The position numbers and the translations under genes were made by a program. The notes under the pieces are model-generated. The model searched no databases. It had not been told where the DNA came from and saw only the letters and a program-made list of their open reading frames with translations. 64,000 nt of DNA, from contig OZ281494.1 of NCBI GenBank assembly GCA_965637545.1, positions 5,704,001-5,768,000 on the forward strand, given 5' to 3'. Position 1 is the first letter of the stretch. Every line of letters begins with the position of its first letter. Below are positions 1 through 11,339 of this stretch, in pieces. Source of the DNA: Phallusia mammillata (lineage: Eukaryota).

Positions 1-1153
1 GAGACATTGCCCTTAAAAATAAGGACAAATCTTAGAAATAAGGACGGTATGGCAACCCTGCTTATACGCAAGGTTCCAATCGACATGGACCCCAGAATAA
101 ATTATAACCGCAATATGGCTTAAAAAGTAACAAAACACACTATGGCTTTTTTGGCGAAACGAAATATAGGTTTTTAAACAAATCTTTGCATTTATACGAG
201 CCATGATATACTACACGGCATATTTTTGTCATAACAATCTTGGTTTACTTTTACTTGTAGGAGGGTTTTGACATTATCCACAAATTGTCAAAACAAGACA
301 AAATAGGGTCACAAGGTCTTACAAGTAAGGACAAAATTTTTTTTTTCCAAGACATTACCCTTCGAAATAAGGCCAAATCTGCGAAATGAGGACAGTATGG
401 TAACCCTGCTTACACGTGATACTCTGTAGCAAACAGTATTTGTTTCCGCTTGTCTGTTTCAGCATTTTTTGTGTTATTTTGGCAACAATCAAGATCTTTT
501 GATTAATTTTTTTACAGCCCGTCTGCTTCTTCCAGTTAAAATTAGTAATGTGCGTTCTGCATTTATACAAATAAGATGCTTCCTTGTTTTTTTGAGCGAC
601 AAAACCTACATTGACTGCGTTTTCATGTCCTATCAGACGTTACTTATTTGCACCAACAGCCAAAAAACTCAGTTAAAGCTGCAAACACTACCAAACAAGG
701 CAGATCCTCAATTTGCTGAGAGGGATATACTTGGGAAATAGTTTTTTTTTTTTAAATGACTAAGCTTTGAACCAAGTTTTGTAGCAGTTTCAATGAATTT
801 ACCTTTCCCACTTCCCCATAAGCTCTACGCGCCAACATTTTTACAGATAGACTATATCGATCGTTTTAAATAGGTCTCAGTAGTTGTTGCCGGAATCTGT
901 TTTCAGCTGATGTTTAAAGAACGTCATTATTTTACTTTGTAAAAGATGTAGCTTTTTAGGGAATTTCGGAACCATTTTTCTACCTGCGAATACAACAACA
1001 AACTAACGACATAAGCTTACTTTGGTCCGATGATTTTGTTATCCGAAACTGTTTCTTAAATCGACAGTACGCCCACAGGCCTAACGTTAACGACCGACTC
1101 GCGTTTGCTACAAGCTTCAAAACAAATTGATAATTGACTAATTTAGATTTCCC
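1..1153. repeat. Apparently exact direct duplicate of 1780-2932, ending at the N gap (probable unmerged contig overlap)
   Basis: The sequence and all ORFs recur at offset 1779 (e.g. 13..204 = 1792..1983, 469..741 = 2248..2520). No mismatch was noticed by eye. This copy ends exactly at the gap. Confidence 0.9.
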
Positions 1154-1353
1154 NNNNNNNNNNNNNNNNNNNNNNNNNNNNNNNNNNNNNNNNNNNNNNN
1201 NNNNNNNNNNNNNNNNNNNNNNNNNNNNNNNNNNNNNNNNNNNNNNNNNNNNNNNNNNNNNNNNNNNNNNNNNNNNNNNNNNNNNNNNNNNNNNNNNNNN
1301 NNNNNNNNNNNNNNNNNNNNNNNNNNNNNNNNNNNNNNNNNNNNNNNNNNNNN
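1154..1353. other. Scaffold gap (200 N)
   Basis: Run of exactly 200 N. Confidence 0.99.
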
Positions 1354-1457
1354 AAAGAGTAATACTTCTTGATAGTTCGTACAAAATCTTCTTTCAAAAA
1401 ATAGATTTTGTTTTTTGTGTTTTCATTCTTTTTCTTTTAAATTTATTGACTTATACG

Positions 1458-1839
1458 CAGGGTTGCCATCGACTTGAAACCAAAAATAAGGACAACCGCA
1501 AAAATCAAATTTTCATACGAAACAAAGCAAGCGTTTGTGAACAAATCTTTGCATTTATACGAGCCATGACATATCATATGCAATATTTTGGCCAGAAACA
1601 ATCTGTTCCAGCAACCCCTTGTTCGTAGAAAATGTTTCGTGCATTTCACAACAGCTCAGGTCTAGGTTTACTTTTACTTGTAGCAGGGATTTGACTCATA
1701 ATTGTTGAAAATAAGACAAAAGAAGGACTACAGTCAAAAATAAGGACATTTCTTAGAAATAAGGACAATACATTTTTCTGAGACATTGCCCTTAAAAATA
1801 AGGACAAATCTTAGAAATAAGGACGGTATGGCAACCCTG
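1458..1839. mobile_element. hAT-type MITE (382 bp)
   Basis: TIRs CAGGGTTGCCA (1458-1468) and TGGCAACCCTG (1829-1839). 8-bp TSD CTTATACG at 1450-1457 and 1840-1847. Subterminal AAATAAGGAC repeats. The right end is also present at 1-60 in the duplicated block. Confidence 0.9.
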
Positions 1840-1847
1840 CTTATACG

Positions 1848-2187
1848 CAAGGTTCCAATCGACATGGACCCCAGAATAAATTATAACCGCAATATGGCTT
1901 AAAAAGTAACAAAACACACTATGGCTTTTTTGGCGAAACGAAATATAGGTTTTTAAACAAATCTTTGCATTTATACGAGCCATGATATACTACACGGCAT
2001 ATTTTTGTCATAACAATCTTGGTTTACTTTTACTTGTAGGAGGGTTTTGACATTATCCACAAATTGTCAAAACAAGACAAAATAGGGTCACAAGGTCTTA
2101 CAAGTAAGGACAAAATTTTTTTTTTCCAAGACATTACCCTTCGAAATAAGGCCAAATCTGCGAAATGAGGACAGTATGGTAACCCTG
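1848..2187. mobile_element. Second, older copy of the same hAT MITE in tandem (340 bp)
   Basis: Degenerate TIRs CAAGGTTCCAAT and TGGTAACCCTG. Internal homology to 1458-1839. Flanked by CTTATACG (1840-1847) and CTTACACG (2188-2195). Also present at 69-408. Confidence 0.8.
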
Positions 2188-3670
2188 CTTACACGTGATA
2201 CTCTGTAGCAAACAGTATTTGTTTCCGCTTGTCTGTTTCAGCATTTTTTGTGTTATTTTGGCAACAATCAAGATCTTTTGATTAATTTTTTTACAGCCCG
2301 TCTGCTTCTTCCAGTTAAAATTAGTAATGTGCGTTCTGCATTTATACAAATAAGATGCTTCCTTGTTTTTTTGAGCGACAAAACCTACATTGACTGCGTT
2401 TTCATGTCCTATCAGACGTTACTTATTTGCACCAACAGCCAAAAAACTCAGTTAAAGCTGCAAACACTACCAAACAAGGCAGATCCTCAATTTGCTGAGA
2501 GGGATATACTTGGGAAATAGTTTTTTTTTTTTAAATGACTAAGCTTTGAACCAAGTTTTGTAGCAGTTTCAATGAATTTACCTTTCCCACTTCCCCATAA
2601 GCTCTACGCGCCAACATTTTTACAGATAGACTATATCGATCGTTTTAAATAGGTCTCAGTAGTTGTTGCCGGAATCTGTTTTCAGCTGATGTTTAAAGAA
2701 CGTCATTATTTTACTTTGTAAAAGATGTAGCTTTTTAGGGAATTTCGGAACCATTTTTCTACCTGCGAATACAACAACAAACTAACGACATAAGCTTACT
2801 TTGGTCCGATGATTTTGTTATCCGAAACTGTTTCTTAAATCGACAGTACGCCCACAGGCCTAACGTTAACGACCGACTCGCGTTTGCTACAAGCTTCAAA
2901 ACAAATTGATAATTGACTAATTTAGATTTCCCTTGTCGTGCAGTTTCGTGACGAACGCTACGTTTTAATTATATTTAACGCTCTATAAAGCACCACTAAA
3001 AACCTATATGTGCAAGGTGTTCTGATTAATACTATATTTTTCCGCTTTTCTCCGTTGAAAAATAACATATACCTGTTTTTATCTTCACATAAGTGTAAAC
3101 ATATTTCATCTTGTTTCACCTGTTGAACGTCCACAACCAAATGTAAATAAAATTGTCTTGCTTTACTTGTAGTTTGTGGATAAACACAACAGATCAAAGC
3201 AGCGATCGCTTTTAATTTTTACAATAAACTTTTCGCAAAATGTAAACTGTAAACTCTCCTAACACAAAGAACTACACCTTCAACTAGCCTAATCACGAAC
3301 ATCAGCAAAAGCACAGCAGTGTGCAGCGTAATTACACAAAGGGGACCGCAAGCGTATTTGCTTAATTTTTGGACAAAAATGTTAATTACTGAGCCTCTGC
3401 ATACGGCACCACGGTAGATAAAAGAACAAAAATAATGACAATTGACGTAACTGGTCATGTTTCATCAATAAAACGTAACTAAGATTTAAACTCTTGTTAC
3501 AATGTATCTAAAACGGGCGTCGCGCATCTGGTCGATAATTACCTTATTGAGTTAAAGATTTCACAGTGGGAAAAACTAGCTACGGCAATATTTTTGTATT
3601 GAAAACAAAACCAGAAGACATCAAAACAACAACCATGTGGTGAAAGTACAAGACCGAGAATGCGGATCAA

Positions 3671-4420
3671 CCTTTTCAACGATACCCCGATTGTCGCTCC
3701 AGGCTCTTTGCAAGGTCGCGAATTCTGGTCAAGAAAGTACACTTGCTGCAAGCATAGGCCTTTTACGTTGTTGAAGTCCGCGATTACGTCACTTCGAGGT
3801 GCACCATTGGGGCAGCTCTTAACGACAGACCCTTTGAGGTATCAATTCGAAATTTTGTACGAACTATCAAGAAGTATTACTCTTTCCATCGAGCGCGGTC
3901 CCATAATTTTACCATAATCCGTTGTGACGTCACAATGCGACGAAAATCACCTTTGTTTAAACAATCGCTGGGTGGCGCACGTCCTTGGGAGGGCAAAGTG
4001 AGGGGGTGCAAGGTCGAGAGGAGGGATGGACCTTTCCAACGGTACCCCGATTGTCGCTCTGTGCGCTCTAATATTTGCGTAGTGCGATCGCGAATTCTGG
4101 TCAAGAAAGTACACTTGGTGCAAGCATAGGCCTTTTACGTTGTTAAAGTCTGGGATTACGTCACTTCGAGGTGCCCCCCTTGGGGCAGCTCTCAACGACA
4201 GACCCTTTGAGGTATCAATTCGAAATTTTGTACAAACTATCAAGAAGTATTACTCTTTCCATCGAACGCGGTCCCATAATCCGTTGTGACATCACAATAA
4301 GACGAAAACCTCCTTTGTTTAGACAATCGCTGGGTGGCGCACGTCCTTGGGAGGGCAAAGTGAGGGGGTGCAAGGTCGAGAGGAGGGGTGGGCCTTTCCA
4401 TCGATTTCGGGATTGTCGCT
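3671..4420. repeat. Tandem array of a ~360-bp unit (2 full copies plus the start of a third), probably part of a non-autonomous element
   Basis: Units start at 3671, 4031 and 4393 (CCTTT..CAAC/TC...GATTGTCGCT). TGGTCAAGAAAGTACAC recurs near 4995. 1354-1387 is the reverse complement of 3852-3885. Confidence 0.85.
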
Positions 4421-4765
4421 TTGTAAAGAATTGCCTTTTCCATCGAACCTGATCCAATGTTTTGCAATATTCTTTTTGGGCGCAATTCACATCTCCACAT
4501 ATTATTGTTCATTTGATTTTCGGCTGTTGGTGACTTGTAATTGGGTCAGTATGATCACGCGCGGGTGAAACCATATGAACACGCATTTCCATGCACGGTT
4601 TCTTGCTTTGGATGCAATCATTCATCATCGCCATTTTGAATATTATTTCGGGAGTGTACCTAACTCCTGTTTTACGGCAGAGACGCGACTGTTGTGATTG
4701 CGTTGGTCGCGTCACAGGGTTAACTTAGTTTAAGATGTAAAAAAGTTGTGTTAATGACGAGCGAT

Positions 4766-4972
4766 TGACGTCATTTTTTACATGACGTCATCAGAAGGTG
4801 TGATGACGTCATGTACAAAGTTTGGGCTCGCTACGATGAGTATTTCACAAAATGGCGTTTTTTAGAAGTCCTGTAAAATTTTATGATGACGTCATAGTGA
4901 CGTCATTATGTGTGTGACGTATCCGGGTTATGACGTAGTTCATTATATATCAATATTGTTAGGTTACGTCAT
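4766..4972. repeat. Cluster of TGACGTCA (CRE-like) palindromes within repeat-derived sequence
   Basis: Perfect TGACGTCA at 4766, 4783, 4804, 4887 and 4898, with near matches near 4915, 4931 and 4965. Confidence 0.7.
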
Positions 4973-5379
4973 AGGGTTCGGAAGTTATTGCGTTTGGTCA
5001 AGAAAGTACACCAGACCCGATAATTTAAAGTTATTGATACTACTAATATGTATCCAAAGGCATTCATAGCAAAAAAAAAACAATAAAACATTGCCAATAA
5101 TTGAAAGATTTCGTACCATTTAGTCCAAAGACAAACAAAATAATACTTGCCTGTTTAATTTGTCAAGACATTGTCCTGAATATTTTTCGATAGATACCAG
5201 CTTTCTGCGGTTCATATTTGTGTCCTAATTTACATTGAAAATCAGTCACAGCAATTTCTATTGTAATGATATTTTCTGGAAAAAATGCGGATCCAACTTA
5301 AGTGTTAGTAATAAACTACCATATGATTCAGACACATGTATGACAACAACCAATTTTCTTGTGTGATGTTTTATAAACG

Positions 5380-5670
5380 CACGACCTTCAACTCAGAAGA
5401 ATCAGAGCTGTTTGCTGAGCAGTTTTAACAAAACTTTTACAGCATTTTTTCGAGTACGCAGCGCTTTGTTGGCAAAAAAACTGTAAAAAGCCTATTGATA
5501 CTAGCACAACTAAAATTTTCCTATTTGCGAAGAAATTATTATCAACGTAACTAAGGTAAATTCCAACCAAAACTATTCCATCAAATTTTGCGACTTCGTT
5601 GTTTACTTTGTTTGTGGGAAATTCCCTACCCCGAAACAATGATTTTATCACAGACACAAAAGTTTTCAAA
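5380..5670. repeat. Diverged interspersed repeat, second copy near 42440-42790
   Basis: GTTTACTTTGTTTGTGGGAAATTCCCT (~5600) resembles GTTTACTTTTGTTTCTGGGGAATTCCCT (~42720), with weaker flanking similarity. Boundaries are approximate. Confidence 0.45.
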
Positions 5671-6586
5671 TCTTTACGAAAATCTTTATTATTCTCGTTG
5701 GTTGGTCAATTTCCCCTTTTATTTCACGCAATTTTCAAGCAGCGCCTAGGTGAGGGCGTCACCGCAAATATGGAAAAGTACTGATTTAAAGCGCTCGTAA
5801 TTGATACCAGCCCAAACACAAAAAAGGGACCTGCACAGTCTTTGCTTTTTGTGGTCGGCACGAGAAATATGATACGTATCAGCTCACGAGAAATATGATA
5901 TGTGTACAGCTCTGGTTCCAGAATGTCTGGTTTTTATGGGTCTGGGAAATTAATATAATTTTGGTTAAACTGACCTAAATGTGTCGTCAAAACGCCCAAA
6001 CTATAACATATTGCCAAATGATCTACATTCAAGTTCACATCTAAAAGCAATGGTCAAGGCATTATTAGACTTGCTGGTTAAAAAAAACAGTTTATCGGGG
6101 GTGATGGCGTAGTTAGGTTATACGTGATTGATTCAACAGAGTTGCGGGTCGGGCTTGTGGGATCGGGTTCGGACTTTGGTTTTAATGTAACATTTTGCCA
6201 AAATTTCACAGACAATGTTTCCCCCAGTTCGGGCCTTGTTTTTTTAATGCGTGTTTGGAAATCAATATAGCTTGTATTATGTTGAATTGTATTGTGAATT
6301 ATGAAAATGGCCTATAGGCTACCCAGCTTACAAATTAATTATCGCAACGTAACAAATGAAATGCACATTGTATTGTTAAAAAGTCTGGTGCAACAATTAA
6401 GTGCATGCGTTACACGTAACAAAGTACCCAATGTTGCTCCACGATTGCGAAAACAGATTTACAGTAACCAACCTTGGGCAACCCATGCAGCACAATAGGG
6501 AAATTTGCGTTACAAATGTTTTTTTATTAAAACTATTTGCATTGCCCGCGTTTTGATCAAACTCCCACATCGGTAAGTGATGATAT

Positions 6587-6737
6587 TGTGGCGACCTCTC
6601 TTGCATGTGTACAATCGTGTTTATCGAAGCGTGCGTTTTGCCTTTTTCTCGCATTGTCGTTGTTGCCTTATAAGCGCGTTTTTGTTGTTGCGCGTTCTTC
6701 TATCATCGAACTGCATTGAAATAAAGCATCCGCTTTA
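6587..6737 (+). repeat. 5' LTR
   Basis: TGTGGCGACC...CCGCTTTA. 150/151 identical to 10065-10215 (taagCgcg vs taagTgcg). AATAAA near the end. Confidence 0.97.
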
Positions 6738-6738
6738 C

Positions 6739-6756
6739 TGGTGACCCCGACGTGAT
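6739..6756 (+). promoter_or_regulatory. Primer-binding site complementary to tRNA-Trp
   Basis: TGGTGACCCCGACGTGAT is the reverse complement of the 3' end of eukaryotic tRNA-Trp (...ATCACGTCGGGGTCA-CCA). Confidence 0.93.
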
Positions 6757-7260
6757 CAAGCTACAGCAGCTCGCTTAATTGACCTGCTTGAACGCCAACC
6801 GGCAGAAGGTAAATATACAGCAATTAAGGAAAGACTGCTTCAATCGTTTGCCCTTTCCAGACAGGAACGTGCAGCGCGTCTTTTGAACATGCCTCCTTTG
6901 GGCGACAAAAAACCATCGGCCTTAATGGATGAGATGCTTTCTCTTCTTGGAAATCACAATTCGTGTTTACTTTTTGAACACTTGTTTCTCCAGCACATGC
7001 CCGAGGATATCCGATTGGTATTGGCGCATGAAGACACACAAGATCTGCGCCAATTAGCCCAGAAGGCCGACGTATTATGGCTTTCTCGCGATCGCAACGC
7101 GGAGTTTGCTCTAAGCAAAGCACGTCAAGGTAAACCCACCCGCAGTGACAACAAGAAGCCTTCCGGCATGTGCTACTTCCACTGGCGTTTTGGATCTGAT
7201 GCAAACCAATGCCGTCCACCTTGTTCTTTCCAGGGAAACAGCAAGGCCGGTTGCCTTTAA
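6754..7260 (+). CDS. gag: Gag, N-terminally truncated; CX2HX9CX3C knuckle (CYFHWRFGSDANQCRPPC, 7171-7224)
   Basis: The frame is open from the PBS (DQATAARLIDLL...KPSALMDEML...LFLQHMP). The normal Gag N-terminus and leader are absent. First ATG at 6889. Confidence 0.85.
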   Translation, partial: DQATAARLIDLLERQPAEGKYTAIKERLLQSFALSRQERAARLLNMPPLGDKKPSALMDEMLSLLGNHNSCLLFEHLFLQHMPEDIRLVLAHEDTQDLRQLAQKADVLWLSRDRNAEFALSKARQGKPTRSDNKKPSGMCYFHWRFGSDANQCRPPCSFQGNSKAGCL

Positions 7261-10037
7261 TGGCTGGGGCAACCGGCAATTCTTTCAGCCTTTTCTTTCT
7301 CTGGGACAAAGTCTCTGGGCGCAATTTCTTGGTTGACACGGGTGCTGAGGTTAGTGTAATTCCACCCACTGGTGCTGAACGACGTGCCAACCATAAGGGT
7401 TTCTTTCTTAAGGCCGCTAATGGAAGTTCCATAGCTACTTACGGCTACAAATCTGTTACACTTCATTTTTCAGCTGGAGTTTTCAAATGGAGGTTTGTGT
7501 TGGCTGATGTATCGCGTCCACTGCTTGGTGCAGATTTTCTTCGTGCTAATCGTTTGTTGGTCGACATTGACAAAAAACGTCTTGTGCACTCCGAAGCGTT
7601 CACAAGTTTTCCCATGAAAAGGTCTCTTTGTCAACCGCCACAGCTTAGCACTCTTCATTCTTTGCTTTCTCCATACGACAAGCTATTGCAGATGTTTCCC
7701 CAGGTAAAAATCCCCCGGTTTTCTGATACCTTGCCCAAACACGGTGTGCAACATCACATTGTGACCACAGGGCAACCTGTGCATTGCCGCGTCAGGCGCC
7801 TCTCGCCTGAGAAGTTGTTGTTGGCAAAGGCAGAATTTCAGAAGATGCTCGATTTGGGTATAGTTCGTCGGTCATCAAGCCCATGGTCTTCCCCTCTTCA
7901 CATGGTAGAAAAATCTGCCGGTGGTTGGCGCCCATGTGGCGATTACCGTCGTCTCAATGAGGCCACGCAGGCTGATCGTTATTCTATACCGCATATCCAC
8001 GACTTTACCGCCCGCCTTGCTGGCTGTACTGTCTTTTCAAAGATAGATTTAATACGCGGCTATCACCAGATTCCGGTAGCAGAGGCAGACATTGCAAAGA
8101 CTGCTGTCATCACGCCGTTTGGTCTCTTTGAATTTCTTCGAACCCCGTTTGGGTTGAAGAATGCCGCACAAACATTTCAAAGACTAATGGATTCCATTTT
8201 TCAAGGTTTGCAGTTTCTATATGTATATCTTGATGACATTCTGGTTGCAAGTCCAGACCAGACAGCTCACATGGAACACTTAAAGCAAGTTTTTCAATGC
8301 CTTTCCAATCACGGACTTGTTGTTAATCCCCAGAAGTGTGAGTTTGGCAAAAGCAGCATACAGTTTCTCGGCCACTTGGTCGACCAACATGGCATTAAAC
8401 CTCTTCCTGCAAAAATTGATGTTGATGCTTCTCAAACAGCTGTTGGCGCAGTACTCGAACAATTTACAGAAGGTCATTGGGCCCCTCTTGCGTTTTTCAG
8501 CCGTCAGCTGCGAAAACCTGAAACCAAGTACAGCGCCTTTGATCGCGAACTTTTAGCACTTCACCTGGCCATTAGGCACTTTCGTTATTTTCTTGAAGGG
8601 CGCAAGTTTGCAGAATTCACCGATCATAAACCCCTCACTTTCGCATTCAAGAAGGTTTCTGAACCATGGTCTGCTCGACAGCAACGTCATCTGTCGTGTA
8701 TCTCGGAGTATACAACAGATGTCAGACACATCAGCGGCAAGTCAAACACTGTCGCAGATGCACTTTCCAGATCGTTTGTTAATGCTCTACACAGTTCTTT
8801 GGCCGATTTCGATCATAAGGCTCTTGCTGAAGCACAACAGACCGATGAAGTTCAGTCTTACCGCACTGCAGTGACTGGGTTGCTTCTTAGGGATGTTCCA
8901 ATCGAAGGTTCGCCGACTACTATTCTATGTGATGTTTCTCTTGGACGACCACGTCCTGTTGTTCCCTGCTCTTTGCAAAGGAAAGTTTTTGACGCCATCC
9001 ACGGGTTGTCACATCCTTCCATCCGTACCACGAGGAAGCTTATATCATCCAAGTTTGTTTGGCATGGGCTGAAAAAGAATGTTGCGTTGTGGGCTAAACG
9101 ATGCTTTGCTTGCCAACGGGCAAAAATTCAACAGCATGTTCATTCCCCACTTCACGAGTACAGCCCTCCCACTTCTCGTTTTCAGCACGTGCACATAGAC
9201 ATTGTAGGTCCACTTCCACCTTGCCGCGGGTATAGGTATTTATTAACCGTCGTCGACCGTTTTACCCGCTGGCCCGAAGCCATACCCATGGAAGATGCTA
9301 CAACCGCCACTTGCGCATGTGCTCTTACTTTCCATTGGCTTTCTAGATTTGGCATTCCCTGCCATGTATCCTCTGACCGTGGCCCTCAATTCACGTCAGA
9401 TCTATGGACTTCTCTTGGGCAACGTTTAGGTATGCATCTTCACCGCACGACGGCTTTCCACCCTCAAGCGAATGGTCTTGTGGAACGCTTCCACCGCCAC
9501 CTAAAGAGTGCATTAATGGCTCGATTAACGGGATCCAATTGGCTGGACGAGTTGCCGTGGGTGTTGCTTGGGATACGCACCGCCCCCAAAGACGATTTGA
9601 ATGTTTCGTCTGCCGAATTGGTTTACGGCACTCCTTTGACGGTGCCTGGTGATTTTCTGGCCACTGAAGATACTTCCGTTGCAACTTTTTTGCCAACGTT
9701 GCGAGATACTCTGCAACGCCTTTTGCCCCAACCGATGTCACGCCACTGCAACCCACGCGTGTCCATCCCTTCAACGCTGAAGGGCAGTCCTTATGTGTTT
9801 GTCCGTCGTGACACTCACCGACCTCCTCTGACCCCACCATACGATGGTCCGTACAAGGTCCTTCATACGTCGGACAAAACGTTTACGTTAGACATGGGCG
9901 GTCGTCCGCAGACGATTTCTATTGACCGATTAAAGCCCGCCCACGTAGATTTGACCGCACCTGTACCAGTCGCGCATCCTCCGGCCAGAGGACGACCAAG
10001 ACGGAACGTGCATCCCCCGCAACGCTACCAAGCGTGA
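7209..10037 (+). CDS. pol: Pol polyprotein (PR-RT-RNaseH-IN) with an in-frame deletion of the RT thumb/connection
   Basis: Motifs LVDTGA, YLDD, DAS...TDHKPL, HHCC, DDE core and GPY. 'PLPAKI' is joined directly to 'DVDASQ' at 8417/8418. Confidence 0.93.
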   Translation: MPSTLFFPGKQQGRLPLMAGATGNSFSLFFLWDKVSGRNFLVDTGAEVSVIPPTGAERRANHKGFFLKAANGSSIATYGYKSVTLHFSAGVFKWRFVLADVSRPLLGADFLRANRLLVDIDKKRLVHSEAFTSFPMKRSLCQPPQLSTLHSLLSPYDKLLQMFPQVKIPRFSDTLPKHGVQHHIVTTGQPVHCRVRRLSPEKLLLAKAEFQKMLDLGIVRRSSSPWSSPLHMVEKSAGGWRPCGDYRRLNEATQADRYSIPHIHDFTARLAGCTVFSKIDLIRGYHQIPVAEADIAKTAVITPFGLFEFLRTPFGLKNAAQTFQRLMDSIFQGLQFLYVYLDDILVASPDQTAHMEHLKQVFQCLSNHGLVVNPQKCEFGKSSIQFLGHLVDQHGIKPLPAKIDVDASQTAVGAVLEQFTEGHWAPLAFFSRQLRKPETKYSAFDRELLALHLAIRHFRYFLEGRKFAEFTDHKPLTFAFKKVSEPWSARQQRHLSCISEYTTDVRHISGKSNTVADALSRSFVNALHSSLADFDHKALAEAQQTDEVQSYRTAVTGLLLRDVPIEGSPTTILCDVSLGRPRPVVPCSLQRKVFDAIHGLSHPSIRTTRKLISSKFVWHGLKKNVALWAKRCFACQRAKIQQHVHSPLHEYSPPTSRFQHVHIDIVGPLPPCRGYRYLLTVVDRFTRWPEAIPMEDATTATCACALTFHWLSRFGIPCHVSSDRGPQFTSDLWTSLGQRLGMHLHRTTAFHPQANGLVERFHRHLKSALMARLTGSNWLDELPWVLLGIRTAPKDDLNVSSAELVYGTPLTVPGDFLATEDTSVATFLPTLRDTLQRLLPQPMSRHCNPRVSIPSTLKGSPYVFVRRDTHRPPLTPPYDGPYKVLHTSDKTFTLDMGGRPQTISIDRLKPAHVDLTAPVPVAHPPARGRPRRNVHPPQRYQA
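7233..7239 (+). promoter_or_regulatory. -1 ribosomal frameshift slippery site G GGA AAC
   Basis: XXXYYYZ heptamer in the gag frame, inside the gag/pol overlap. Pol lies in the -1 frame. Confidence 0.8.
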
Positions 10038-10052
10038 CGCATGCCCGCTTCT

Positions 10053-10061
10053 GGAGGGGGG
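10053..10061 (+). promoter_or_regulatory. Polypurine tract
   Basis: GGAGGGGGG three nucleotides upstream of the 3' LTR. Confidence 0.85.
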
Positions 10062-10064
10062 TCC

Positions 10065-10215
10065 TGTGGCGACCTCTCTTGCATGTGTACAATCGTGTTT
10101 ATCGAAGCGTGCGTTTTGCCTTTTTCTCGCATTGTCGTTGTTGCCTTATAAGTGCGTTTTTGTTGTTGCGCGTTCTTCTATCATCGAACTGCATTGAAAT
10201 AAAGCATCCGCTTTA
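10065..10215 (+). repeat. 3' LTR
   Basis: Matches the 5' LTR and is followed by TSD ATAT. Confidence 0.97.
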
Positions 10216-11339
10216 ATATTGTATATATCAACTAATTGACTCGCAGAAGACGTAACAACAAAGTCAAAACCTGTACCTAAAAAGTTATAAGTCGCTACGT
10301 TAGGTGGTGTAAATGGTGCAACGGTCAAGTGCCCATAACCGTCTATTAGGCTTATGAATGTCAAAGTTTAAAACTCACATTAGCATATAGGATTGAGGTT
10401 TTGTCTTTTCTTTTAAACTGACACATATTGACATTGACGGTGCAAATATCGCCACCATATGCTCCACTGGCCGATCTACATCTGTCTCGGCAGTTTGTCT
10501 TTTGTTTTTCCAATTATACTCCAATGTAGGCCTATCGCTTTAAACTTGCTATGTAAATACCGTATACCAAAATCCTGTTGAATGAGCTAAAGTTTTTGGG
10601 TTGTTTGATTTTACTATTAGGTCCAATTATAATAACTTTATAAGTAGTTTGTACATGGTTTTGAAGTGGGAGAAAAATTTAACAAAACATCCAATGACTA
10701 GATGCTTTTGATTCAAACTACCCACAGAAAGAATAAACACTTGAATTACCAGTATGGACATTGCATATATTTGTAACGACGATTTGCACTTAAAACAAGT
10801 AAGCCTAGTTTCAAGTATCTTCGACATATATTGGTAAAATTTCGAAAGTCCAATGTAACTTCAATTGTCGAATGTACTAGTTTTTTTTCAGCCAAGATTG
10901 AGGCACCCTTGTAAGGTTATTGTTGCCCTAGTATACAGCAGTATGGAACCAGAGGTAAAAATGCAACAAAACTATCATAGAGAAACCGTCGTACTGCACC
11001 TATGTGAAGAAAATAGCAATAGACACAACCTAAAGAACAACGACACCACAAAGCATGTCCACAAAAATATGTTCAGACTAATGGCGGCTTGAGGTTGTAT
11101 AAGACACCCCTCTGAAACTAAAAAGGGGGGGGGGGGGTAGGATGAGTCGATATATATCGGTAAAACGTTAATAGGCCTGACGTTCTATGAATAAAAGCAC
11201 CATTTATACACCTCTCGGTGGATTATTTAAGCTTCGAAGGTGTGACTGTTCCCATACGGGTAAGATACTATCGCTTTTAAAACCGCCATTTTTGTGCAAA
11301 TCTAAATTACCATGACGTGATTTGGCATTAACTGCTAAT

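Larger units (their letters stand above)
6587..10215 (+). mobile_element. Ty3/Gypsy LTR retrotransposon, CsRn1/Kabuki/Boudicca clade, internally deleted
   Basis: Two 151-bp LTRs, 4-bp TSD ATAT (6583-6586 and 10216-10219), tRNA-Trp PBS, PPT, Gag with a CHCC knuckle, and Pol in PR-RT-RH-IN order. Confidence 0.97.

Noticed and set aside
3877-4512. Several 75-98 aa ORFs in the 360-bp tandem repeat
   Set aside because: Open frames in several phases of a repeated unit with no protein motifs.
6824-9840. Antisense and alternate-frame ORFs over gag/pol (e.g. 6824..7432 minus, 9391..9840 minus)
   Set aside because: Shadow ORFs of a GC-richer coding region with no recognisable motifs.
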